A stretch of DNA of 64,000 nucleotides, taken from assembly GCA_002269645.1 (NCBI GenBank), contig NIVC01001151.1, forward strand, positions 248,001 through 312,000, read 5' to 3'. This document shows positions 23,263 to 34,607 of this stretch, one piece after another. Within the stretch, counting starts at the first letter, position 1, and every line of letters starts with the position of its first letter. The notes under the pieces were generated by a model. It was not told the DNA's origin, searched no databases, and saw only the letters and a list, made by a program, of their open reading frames with translations. Origin of the DNA: Macrostomum lignano (lineage: Eukaryota). A program made the position numbers and the translations under genes.

Positions 23263-23481
23263 GCGCGGCGCATCTGAAGGCTGCGTACGGCTGTTCAGTC
23301 CAAGGACTGGGGGGTCGCCACACACACCAATTACCCCAGCTAATGCTGGCACCCATTTTACAGTTGGGTGAGCTGGAGCAATGCAGAGTTATGTGTCTTG
23401 CTCAAGGACACAAAATGTTTCGGATGGGTCGAGATTCGAACCCCCGACCGTCCGACGCTCTAACCACTAGGACACAAGCCC
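23263..23481 (-). mobile_element. tRNA-derived SINE copy lacking the 3' tail
   Basis: Reverse match to 27467-27700: GTGTCCTTGAGCAAGACACATAACTCTGCATTGCTCCAGCTCACCCAACTGTAAAATGGGTGCCAGC. B box GGTTCGAATCTC. Confidence 0.85.
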
Positions 23482-24019
23482 TTCAGCCCTACAAAAAGCA
23501 GGTGAAGGAGGCATGCAGACGATTTTCATTTTGAGAAAAAACCGGACAATAATCTGCAGCGACTACCCATGCACCAGCTGTAGGTGCTGTCATTTCCTTC
23601 ATAAATAATTCGCACAGGCCAGAGTACTTTTGATGCAGTCAGCAAAATTAATATTTCCCAACTGAGAACCGGTTTCGTACACTCGCTCCTACTTGAGACT
23701 CGAGAGCTGTAGCAATCAGTACCTCACTGAAACACACTCTATTTAATAGAAATTTGTCATATTTGATGAGATTTTTAGAGAAAAAATGTGTCGAGGGCCT
23801 CCCACATTTTCTAGAGACTCCTCCCTACCTTCGGTTGAGAAATTTTCATTTTAGTTTATTAGAATTTCATCGACATAGAAGCAGCTGAAGGCAATGGTTA
23901 TTTTGACTGATTATTTTTATATAAGTGATACCTTTTTGTAGTATGGGAGAGTGCGAATGTCATGGCGGAGGTATTGCTAATCACTGGAGTTGTTGGGGAT
24001 ATGAGTGTCTATGGGGTAG

Positions 24020-24460
24020 TGAGGTGGGTGAGGGAGTGAGGTGGGTGAGGGAGTGAGGTGGGTGAGGGAGTGAGGTGGTTGAGGGAGTGAGGTGGGTGAG
24101 GGAGTGAGGTGGGTGAGGGAGTGAGGTGGGTGAGGGAGTGAGGTGGTTGAGGGAGTGAGGTGGGTGAGGGAGTGAGGTGGGTGAGGGAGTGAGGTGGGTG
24201 ATGGAGTGAGGTGGGTGAGGTGGGTGAAAGAGTGAGGTGGGTGAAAGAGTGAGGTGGGTGAAAGAGAGGTGGGTGAAAAAGTGAGGTGGGTAAGGTGGGT
24301 GAGGCGGGTGAGGTGGGTGAGGTGGGTAAGGTGGGTGAGGTGGGTGAGGTGGGTGCAAGGATTACTAGACTTGATATAACGAAGTGTTCCTAGTGGTTCT
24401 TTGGGTGGGTGAAAGAGCGAGATGGGTGAGTTGGGTGAAAAAGTGAGGTAGGTGAGTTGT
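24020..24460. repeat. 17-bp minisatellite GGGAGTGAGGTGGGTGA decaying to 9-17 bp variants
   Basis: Direct reading. Confidence 0.92.
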
Positions 24461-24691
24461 ACAGTGTATTCCTGCTTCGCAAAATCATAACATCCAAAGC
24501 AGAAATGAGTAATTACGAGTACATGTAGAAATGACGGCTATGAACTTTTCAATACTCAGCCAAAATAATTTTTGTAGAAATTCTCTTTTTGCTTTCAAGA
24601 GACTGGGATCTGAAATAGAAGGTGACAAGCGTGCGGCGAAATCATCGTTTGAGATTTTCTCTTACAAGATCGGCTCGTCTCTTCTACATCA

Positions 24692-24726
<35 letters not shown>

Positions 24727-25199
24727 GCTGCCTATCGGGTGAAGTGGAAATTCAACCGCCTCATCACCGGTTGCTCTTGAGACTGGGTGGGACCGGTTTT
24801 TTTCAAACACGATTCCGCATCCCAGTGCCCGCGTATGTTTATCAATATAAGTTCGCAAGATTAAGTTTGTCTCCCAACTCATATATTTTCTCTTTCGAGT
24901 AGCCGAACCAGCTGGGGTTGAACTGGGCTGGAGGCGAGAAGCGATTTACTTGGCAAAAAATATTTCCCGGCAGCCTTGATCTAGTCAATAAATCACGCTA
25001 GATGATGGCGCAGAGAAGCTGAGCGGTTCGCCTACGCATAAGACCGCTGATACCACAAGTAGCTGGCATTAATGCGTAGGATTTGTCTAGACAGTTACTT
25101 GTGCACTGGTAGCTGCTCTGACAGCGGTATTTTATGGATTTATTGCAGCCCCGATCGGATGTGGCTGGGAACAGGGTGCGCTCGGAGAAGGTTCGCGGG

Positions 25200-25830
25200 G
25201 AGTGGGGTTAAAAAAGGTGGGTGAAAGAGTGAGGTTTATGCGGAGTGAGGTTGGCGGGGAGTGGGGTGGGTGCGGTGTGAGGTTGGCGGGGAGTGGGCTT
25301 GGTGCTGAGTGAGGTTAGCGGGGAGTGGGGATTGTGCTGAGTGAGGTTAGCGGGGAGTGGGGTGGGTGCGGTGTGAGGTTGGCGGGGAGTGGACTTGGTG
25401 CTGAGTGAGGTTGGGGGGAGTGGGCTTGGTGCTGAGTGAGGTTGGGGGGAGTGGGCTTGGTGCTGAGTGAGGTTAGCGGGGAGTGGGGTTTGTGCGGAGT
25501 GAGGTTGGTGGGGAGTGGGGTTGGTGCCGAGTGAGGTTAGCGGGGAGTGGGGTTTGTGCTGAGTGAGGTTAGCGGGGAGTGGGGTGGGTGCGGTGTGAGG
25601 TTGGCGGGGAGTGGGCTTGGTGCTGAGTGAGGTTGGGGGGGGAGTGGGGTTTGTGCGGAGTGAGGTTGGCGTGGAGTGGGGTGGATGCGAAGTGAGATTG
25701 GCGGGGATTAGGGTTTCTGCAGAGTGAGGTTGTCGGGGAGTAGGGTGGGTGCCGGTGAGCTTGGCAAGGAGTGGGGTAGGTGCCGAGTAGGGTGACGGGG
25801 AGTATGGTGAGTTTTAAGTGAGATTGGCGG
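25200..25830. repeat. Degenerate G-rich array (GAGTGAGGTT(A/G)GCGGGGAGTGGG)
   Basis: Repeated ~33-bp units. Confidence 0.85.
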
Positions 25831-26369
25831 GGAAGTGGTTTAACGATCATAGCGAGCGCCTGGTGCCAATGAGTTTAGTTTGACTATGACAAATTTCACT
25901 AACTTTCACTTATAGTATCGAGTGACTAATGGCTTTTATCCTTGGGATCGGACGAGAAAGTGGAGAAAATCCTGGGAGAGGGACTTTCTAGAAGTTAGAA
26001 AAATGAGACGACAGCAATTAGACTCGTGTTAAGCATTGATTTTTATGTACTGGGGATATTACGCTCGTAGTTCAGTGAACGGGGAAAAGAGAGAAATATT
26101 CGACAAGGAAGTCCATGCGAGTGCAGGATGAATTCAGCACAGGCCGCGTCATCTTACACAGCCCTTCCTCTACCAACTCCATCAAAGAAAGGAATCTGGG
26201 ACACGGAGGCAGATTTAGTGCAGACACGGCTAAGGGCGATCTAAGAAGATTTATGACCGCTGCACCAACCCCAATGGCTGCGAAAATGTCTGGGGCCTCC
26301 CGATCCAATGCAGGCCCATTTCTGCCGCTGGCACCCTTCTCCCTCCCCCTCCTTGTGCTCTTTTTTCCT

Positions 26370-27342
26370 CTCCTCTACTTTCCTCTCCTCTCCTCTCCTC
26401 TCCTTTCCTCTCCTCTCCTCTCCTCTCCTCTCCTCTACTTTCCTCTCCTCTCCTCTCCTCTACTTTCCTCTCCTCTCCTCTCCTCTCCTTTCCTCTCCTC
26501 TCCTCTCCTCTCCTCCTCTCTCCTCTCCTCTCCTCTCCTCTCCTCTCCTCTCCTCTCCTTTCCTCTCCTCCTCTCTCCTCTCCTCTCCTCTCCTCTCCTC
26601 TCCTCTCCTCTCCTCTCCTCTCCTCTCCTCTCCTCTCCTCTCCTCTCCTCTCCTCTCCTCTCCTCTCCTCTCCTCTCCTCTCCTCTCCTCCTCTCTCCTC
26701 TCCTTTCTTCTCCTCTCCTCTCCTCTCCTCTCCTCTCCTCTCCTCTCCTCTCCTCTCCTCTCCTCTCCTCTCCTCTCCTCTCCTCTCCTCTCCTCTCCTC
26801 CTCTCTCCTCTCCTCTCCTCTCCTCTCCTCTCCTCTCCTCTCCTCTCCTCTCCTCTCCTCTCCTCTCCTCTCCTCTCCTCTCCTCTCCTCTCCTCTCCTC
26901 TCCTCTCTCCTCTCCTCTCCTCTCCTCTCCTCTCCTCTCCTCCTCTCTGCTCTGCTCTCCTCTCCTCTCCTCTCCTCTCCTCTCCTCTCCTCTCCTCTCC
27001 TCTCCTCTCCTCTCCTCTCCTCTCCTCTCCTCTCCTCTCTTCTCCTCTCCTCTCCTCTCCTCTCTTCTCCTCTCCTCTCCTCTCCTCTCCTCTCCTCTCC
27101 TCTCCTCTCCTCTCCTCTCCTCTCCTCTCCTCTCCTCTCCTCTCCTCTCCTCTCCTCTCCTCTCTCCTCTCCTCTCCTCTCCTCTCCTCTCCTCTCCTCT
27201 CCTCTCCTCTCCTCTCCTCTCCTCTCCTCTCTTCTCCTCTCCTCTCCTCTCCTCTCCTCTCATCTCCTCTCCTCTCCTCTCCTCTCCTCTCCTCTCCTCT
27301 CCTCTCCTCTCCTCTCCTCTCCTCTCCTCTCCTCTCCTCTCC
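26370..27342. repeat. (TCCTC)n microsatellite
   Basis: About 1 kb pentanucleotide run. Source of the SSPLL/ERRGE ORFs. Confidence 0.97.
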
Positions 27343-27466
27343 ACAGAAAATTTAATCTTTTAGAATTTTTTGGTGGACTCTTTTAATCTTTCTGTCTCCG
27401 TAATCTATCGTTAACCTCCTATACAGCGACTCTCAATCTCTATGCAAAGCTCAACAAAATTACAAA

Positions 27467-27762
27467 GGGGTTGCAGCCTAGTGGTCAGAGCGTCAGACTC
27501 ACGACTGAAAGGTCGGGGGTTCGAATCTCGACCTATTCGGAACAATTCGTGTCCCTGAGGAAGAGACACTTAACTCTGCATTGCTTCAGTTCACCCAGCT
27601 GTAAAATGGGTGCCAGCATTAGCTGGGGTAATTGAGGCTGTGTGTGGCGACCCCCCAGTCCTTGGACTGAACAGCCGTACGCAGCCTTCAGATGCGCCGC
27701 GCAATAGCTGCGGCTGAGCTGTCGGTTGCACATCTGTCAATTAGGGCAGGTGTAATAAAAAA
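27467..27762 (+). mobile_element. Most complete tRNA-derived SINE copy (~295 bp) with a CORE/Meta-like central domain
   Basis: Head GGGGTTGCAGCCTAGTGGTCAGAGCGTCAGACTCACGACTGAAAGGTCGGGGGTTCGAATCTCG (A and B boxes). Central GTGTCCCTGAGGAAGAGACACTTAACTCTG..CCCAGCTGTAAAATGGG. A-rich tail. Three other copies in the window. Confidence 0.87.
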
Positions 27763-28204
27763 CAAAGCACTGAACAGGTGCGCACGAACGGCACAATACA
27801 GAAAGTACAACCAATGTGAAGATACGCTCGTAGATGCTAAAGTACAAATCATATCCCATAACTGGATAGTCAACAGTTGGGGTTTTTAAAGACGTCTATA
27901 TGTCTATGTCAATATCAATATTAGTATTATAATTATATAATTATTGCACTTTCAATTATAGATTTCTGTTTACTTTTACACCTTCAATCATACCCAATAT
28001 CTGCGGTGTTGGAATATTGGAAATGCTGGAACACACCCACATCCACAGCTGACCAAGTTCAAATATTGAATGTCGCCCAGCCGCGGTGTCAGGCTCGTCA
28101 CGGGTTTAAAGTTCATTAGACATTGGCAAACCGTAGTAATTTGATTTTTCTAATGACAGACTGGGAATCTCCCGCACCGGCTGACTGATGGTTCTTTTCC
28201 CTCT

Positions 28205-28500
28205 CACCTCTCACTCTCACTCTCACTCTCACTCCCACTCTCCCTCTCACTCTCACTCTCACTCTCCCTCTCACTCTCAGTCTCACTCTAACTCTCCCTC
28301 TCACTCTCACTCTCACTGTTACTCTCCCTCTCCCTCTCCCTCCCACCTCTCTCTAACTCTCCCTCTCGCTCTCCCTCTCAATCTCCCTCTCTCTCTCCCC
28401 CTCTCACTCTTTCTCTCACTGTCTTTCTCTCTCCTTCTCATTTCCCCTTCCCTCCCCTCCTTTTCTCCCCTGTTCTCTCTCCTCTTCTTCCCCCCCCCTC
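28205..28500. repeat. CT-rich low-complexity / (CTCACT)n tract
   Basis: Direct reading. Confidence 0.85.
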
Positions 28501-28929
28501 CTCTGTAAATTTTATCTCTGAGGCCCTCCTACTACCATATAGCTCTGTGGCCTGCGCATTAATACAATTATTAGCATAGACGCCAGCTTAAGCAAAAATA
28601 TTCCCAATCTTCGGGAGTCAACTCGCTCGAATACTTGATTTTGCGACATTGAATTAATTAACTCTAAGCCTCAATCTTCTCCTAAACTTCCAAAAAGTAC
28701 ACATTGGCTAAACTGAACGACTTTGACTTGCAGATTTTGTAAATTTCTGAAAGAGCATAACCAACATGACCGGTACAGCTTTGAGTAACTTCTCTTACAG
28801 AGCTGAAGGTAAAGTATTGATAAGTACTGCTTCATCTATCAGCGTAATAATGTTCCTCCGTAACAAGTATTGTGACATTAGCTTAGAATTAAGAGTATTA
28901 TTATTCTAAGGAAAGGCGCCACGGTAAAA

Positions 28930-29795
28930 GGCGCTATGGAGAGACGCGCTATAAAGAGAGGCGCTATGGAGAGAGGCGCTATGGAGAGACGCGCTATAAA
29001 GAGAGGCGCTATGGAGAGAGGCGCTATGGAGAAAGGCGCTATGGAGAGACGCGCTATAAAGAGAGGCGCTATGGAGAGAGGCGCTATGAAGAGAGGCGCT
29101 ATAGAGAGACGCGCTATAAAGAGAGGCGCTATGGAGAGACGCGCTATAAAGAGAGGCGCTATGGAGAGACGCGCTATAAAGAGAGGCGCTATGGAGAGAG
29201 GCGCTATGAAGAGAGGCGCTATGGAGAGAGGCGCTATAGAGAGAGGCGCTATGGAGAGAGGCGCTATGAAGAGAGGCGCTATGAAGAGAGGCGCTATGGA
29301 GAGAGGCGCTATGGAGAGACGCGCTATAAAGAGAGGCGCTATGGAGAGAGGCGCTATGGAGAGAGGCGCTATGGAGAGACGCGCTATAAAGAGAGGCGCT
29401 ATGGAGAGAGGCGCTATGAAGAGAGGCGCTATAGAGAGACGCGCTATAAAGAGAGGCGCTATGGAGAGACGCGCTATAAAGAGAGGCGCTATGGAGAGAC
29501 GCGCTATAAAGAGAGGCGCTATGGAGAGAGGCGCTATGAAGAGAGGCGCTATGGAGAGAGGCGCTATAGAGAGAGGCGCTATGGAGAGAGGCGCTATGAA
29601 GAGAGGCGCTATGAAGAGAGGCGCTATGGAGAGAGGCGCTATAGAGAGAGGCGCTATGGAGAGAGGTGCTGAGGAGAGAGGCGCTAAGGAGAGAGGCGCT
29701 ATGGAGAGAGGCGCTGAGGAGAGGCGCTGAGGAGAGAGGCGCTATGGAGAGAGGCGCTGAGGAGAGGCGCTGAGGAGAGAGGCGCTATGGAGAGA
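28930..29795. repeat. 15-bp minisatellite GAGAGGCGCTATGGA with higher-order variant pattern
   Basis: About 57 copies. The ORF translation shows a duplicated block of variants. Confidence 0.95.
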
Positions 29796-30379
29796 GGAAT
29801 GTCTCTGGCGCTGGGACATGGTGCGAGGGCATCAGGACTGGCGTATCAACAAGAATTCGTTAGTTACTTTTTAAAATGATTTTTTTAATGTGTTTTTAAC
29901 CAATTAAACCAAGCCCAGGTAGAATTTCTGGTCGGTGTTAAAAGGAAGTTCAGACTAATTTCAAATTTCGGCCATTCACAAAGCAAAGAATAGAAAAAAT
30001 TCCAGCAGCTGCAAGTTAAATTGACAGCTGAAAGCTACGAATTCTGTACGTTGGTTCGGCAGTTTCAATTGCGAGTTTTGCTGTTTTACTTTTCAATGCA
30101 GATTTCTGGGGATTGCCTCTCCTTTCCTAGCCAAATGCAGAAAAAAACCTTCAAATACTGTAGGATAAAAACTGGCTTTGGCACACAGTTGTTTGGTCTA
30201 CCAGCAGTGCCCTCTCCGAATTCTGTCGATTGCCCGTCCCGTTGCGCTCTCCTGTTTTCTCCCTTTTTTACCTCTCCCAGTCTCTTCTCCCCTCACTTCC
30301 TTCGTCTCTCTCCCTCTCTACAGTTACCTCTCCCCTCTCCTTGACTCCTTCTCTATCTGCCTCCACTCTCCCTGTCTTC

Positions 30380-31345
30380 TCTTCCTCCTCTCCCTCTCGC
30401 TCCCTCTCTCTCCCTCTCTCCCTCTCTCCCTCTTTCTCCCTCTCTCTCCCTCTCTCTCTCTCCTCTCTCTCCCTCTCTCCCTCTCTCCCTCTCTCTCCCT
30501 CTCTCTCCCTCTCTCCCTCTCTCCCTCTCTCTCCCTCTCTCTCCCTCTCTCTCCCTCTCTCCCTCTCTCCCTCTTTCCCCCTCTCTCTCCCTCTCTCCCT
30601 CTCTCCCTCTCTCTCCCTCTCTCTCCCTCTCTCTCCCTCTCTCTCCCTCTCTCTCCCTCTCTCTCCCTCTCTCTCCCTCTCTCCCTCTCTCCCTCTCTCC
30701 CTCTCTCCCTCTCTCCCTCTCTCTCCCTCTCTCCCCTCTCTCCCTCTCTCCCTCTCTCCCTCTTTCTCCCCCTCTCTCCCTCTATCTCGCTCTCTCCCCC
30801 TCTCTCCCTCTCTCTCCTCTCTCCCTCTCTCTCCCTCTCCCCACTCTCTCCCTCTCTCCCTCTCTCTCCTCTCTCCTCTCTCCCTCTCTCCCTCTTTCTC
30901 CCCTCTCTCCCTCTATCTCGCTCTCTCCCCCTCTCTCCCTCTCTCTCCCTCTCTCCCTCTCTCTCCTCTCTCCCCACTCTCTCCCTCTCTCCTCTCTCTC
31001 CCTCTCTCCCTCTCTCTCCCTCTCTCCCCACTCTCTGCCTCTCTCCCTCTCTCTCCCTCTCTCCCCCACTCTCCCCCTCTCTCCCTCTCTCCCCCACTCT
31101 CCCCCTCTCTCTCCCCCTCTCTCCCTCTCTCCCTCTCTCCCTCTCTCCCTCTCTCCCTCTCTCCTCTCCCCTCTCTCTCTCCCCTCTCTCCCTCTCTCCC
31201 TCTCTCTCTCCTCTCTCCCCCACTCTCCCCCTCTCTCCCTCTCTCCCCCACTCTCCCCTCTCTCTCCCCCCTCTCTCCCTCTCTACCTCTCCCCTCTCTC
31301 TCTTCCCCTCTCTCCCTCTCCCCCTCTCTCTCTCCCCCTCTCTCC
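30380..31345. repeat. CT-rich microsatellite (CTCTCTCC-type)
   Basis: About 1 kb polypyrimidine tract. Confidence 0.95.
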
Positions 31346-32119
31346 CTCTGCGAGCACCTTGGCACAACGCCTTCGGTGACAGCGCTGCCCATTCCCCTGT
31401 ACTCAGGCACAGCACTCACACACACGCTCACACAGGGTGTCAGCGGTCATTGTGAATTTCTAATCGCCAGGCATGTGCACTCTCTGTGCTTTGGGGTTTG
31501 GCCCTCATGTGGCCCGCACGACTCGCTCCTAACAGACAATGACTAACCAAAGTATAGATACCAAAAAGTATCTCATGCAAAATGATTCCTAGCAACTACA
31601 TGTAATGTACTGCCGAACTTTTCATATTTCTTATCTGCAACCAACCGATATATATTGCCCCCTTCCCCCAATAAAAAGCATTCCATGCCCCCCTCTGATC
31701 ATGATTGCCACTAAGGGGATCGGGGCACAGTCCAAGTGGCTATAAAACCAGAAAAAAAGCAACCACCAAGGTTATGGCAAAGGCGAATGTTGCATCCGGG
31801 GGAATTGGGAATACGGCTAGCAACTAATATGAGCTATCATAACTCAAGCTGGACTACACGGCTATTTGGCTGTTTTGCACACCAAAGCGCAGCAGCAGCC
31901 GCCACCACCACCTTCTGCCCAGGAAGTTTTACGATCAGAGCTGGGCCAGGTGTATGATAATAAGTAAGTTGCCCAATCGGAATTCCAAGGATTGTCCATT
32001 GATTTACGATCAATGAGTTGGGTAGGAGACTTATAATATCTGCCGATACGAAGCCTGTGATTGTATTATATTAGTTTGTGTGCATAAGCTTCAGTGAGTT
32101 TAATGATCAATCGAAGGCC

Positions 32120-32480
32120 CCCAAGGGCCCCTGAAGGATTGAAGGGCTTTCTGAAAGGTTGAATGGCCCTGGAAGTATTCAATGGGCTCCTGAAGAATTG
32201 AAGGGCCTCCTGAAGGATTCAAAGGGCCCCTGAAGGATTGAAGGGCCTTCTGAAGGATTGAAAGGGCCCCTGAAGGATTGAAGGGCCTCCTTAAGAATTC
32301 AAAGGGCCCCTGAAGAATTGAAAGGCCTTCTGAAGGATTCAAAGGGCCCCTGAAGGATTGAAGGGCCTTCTGAAGGATTGAAAAAGCCTCCTGAAGGAAG
32401 GAGGATTTAAAGACCTCCTGAAGGGTTGAAGAACCTCCTGAAGGGTTGAAGAACCTCCTGAAGGATTTAAATGGCCTCCT
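32120..32480. repeat. ~20-bp degenerate minisatellite GAAGGGCC(C/T)(C/T)CTGAAGGATT
   Basis: Direct reading. Confidence 0.85.
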
Positions 32481-33519
32481 TAACCTGAAGAAAAAAGGGC
32501 TTCCTCTTCCATCGAGAAAGGGGTTCGATGCCTTCTTCTGAAGCGATCAAAAGCATTGTGAAGGCAAGTCAAGAAAAATGAATGACTGAAAATCCGTTGC
32601 ATTTCCTATTAGAACTCAGTTTGAGCACTTCTGAGTCAGTCACCAGTTTAGGCACGCGGGAATACGAGCTTTGTCCAGTTGGTGGATCAGCTGATTCAAT
32701 AATTTCCTAGGAAGCCGGCGCCGCACGTCCTATAGGTCCTTGGTCATCTGTCCAGCTTCCCATTCGTGTTCACTTTCACTCATACGAATTTGTTGTTAGC
32801 ACTGACTGTACAGGATTGATTGACACCTGAAAGATGCTCTGTTACTAAAAATGTAAAGTTAATTTTCTCTGTTCATTTATATCTGTAGACACAGAAACAC
32901 TTACAGTTTGCAGAACGAACTTAGGAATGCAGGGCCAACTCGTTCCACTCTAGTGGATTAGGGCTACAGATGTTGAGTTGACACGGTGCTTAAGACTTGA
33001 GCAAATCCCTTCAAGCTGCTTGTCACTTACCAGCTCACCGCTCAAAGTTGCAGAACTTCCCCCATGGCCAAAATGCCTCTATAATGTTTGAAGTTCCTTT
33101 ACAGTTTTACAACTGTTTACCATCTTTATTGCTGTTGATGGCTTGCTGGGCGTTACCGGAAACATAATTTGCTTAGTTTATTGAGAATTTTATGAGGGAA
33201 ATCAGCCATTGTGCTGGGCTGCTGGCTGCGGTAATGCAGCTTAACAGCCTTGGCCCCTCTGACTTAAGTATATTATTTGACGAAAAATATTCACAAATTT
33301 GCTAATAAGAAAAAAAACTGGAACGGAGCAAACAATTACTCAATATGCCGTGTACTTTTAATCTTTTGGTGCTTCACTTTATAGCGTCAAGGATGGGGAT
33401 ACGCTCGTATGTACAGCAAAAATTAAAACAAGCAGCGTAGTTTTCTAAAGCTTTACAGATAAATATAGATTTAGGGGTGCCTAATGAAGCTGGGAGATAG
33501 GAGACAGACATCTCCCTCC

Positions 33520-33767
<248 letters not shown>

Positions 33768-34607
33768 AGGTTTAACTGCCTAAATCTGTTAAAATTCCGG
33801 TTATGAATAAAAATAGGAAAAATTCTTCAAGGGCTGCAGAAATGAAGGAGGCCACAGTGAGCCTCAGAGCGCCAACCACGCGAGCCTCAGGGTGGCCGGA
33901 CGCAGGTGAGAATTTGCATGGGATAATCAGTCGCATTGCCTCACAGCACTTGAAGCATCCAAGCTGGTGCTGCAGAGCTGAACAGACGGAACCATCTGTC
34001 AGGTGATGGAAGCCACAGGCCCCTTCGCCAGCCCGCAAATTGCCTGGACCGTCACGAACGGCTTCCTTCCTTCCCTGTCTTCCTTAACAACCGTATTCTT
34101 TTTTTCAATTTTTCCCTTAAGCAGCTTCCAGGAGCAGAAAGCCGTGAGGCTTCGAGGACCGGGCAGCACCTTTTTTCACTATTTTTTTCATTAGCCCCCT
34201 TGCTACGCTCGTAAGAGCCAGATTGCGTTTCCCTGATAGCGCAAGTTTTTAACAATTTGCCAATTTTCCTGGTGCCCTAGTCAGAGGAAATCCCTCAAGA
34301 GGTCAGATAACTGTGACTTTGGTACAGACATTGGGTGAGGGAAAATCCGGTCAGACCGACAGACATCAAGCAGAAGAACTGAATAGTCAGGCTATAATTC
34401 CCATAAGACAAGCAAAACCAAAAAGTCTGTTGCCCCAGCGGGAACTGTTTCTGTAAGCTGATTCCAAGCTCTCCAACAGAGTGCCAGTCTGTTATGCTCG
34501 CCAATCTTTGTCTGAATCTTCCGTGTTTTTCTGCTCCGCGGGAGGCCCTAAGCGAGATTGACGGATGGCGATAAGAGTCAGGGTGGACTTGTTGACGCAC
34601 CGTCGGG

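Noticed and set aside
26115-27386. Long ORFs (SSPLL/ERRGE repeats; likewise 30178-31546, 43738-44762, 47847-48272)
   Set aside because: Translations of CT-rich microsatellites, open in several frames on both strands with no domain content.
27467-27540. Possible tRNA gene
   Set aside because: A and B boxes are present, but no 3' strand pairs with the GGGGTTG acceptor arm and there is no oligo-T terminator. It continues into a SINE body shared with other copies.
28936-29730. 264-aa ERGAM-repeat ORF
   Set aside because: A 15-bp minisatellite with no unique coding flanks or splice context.
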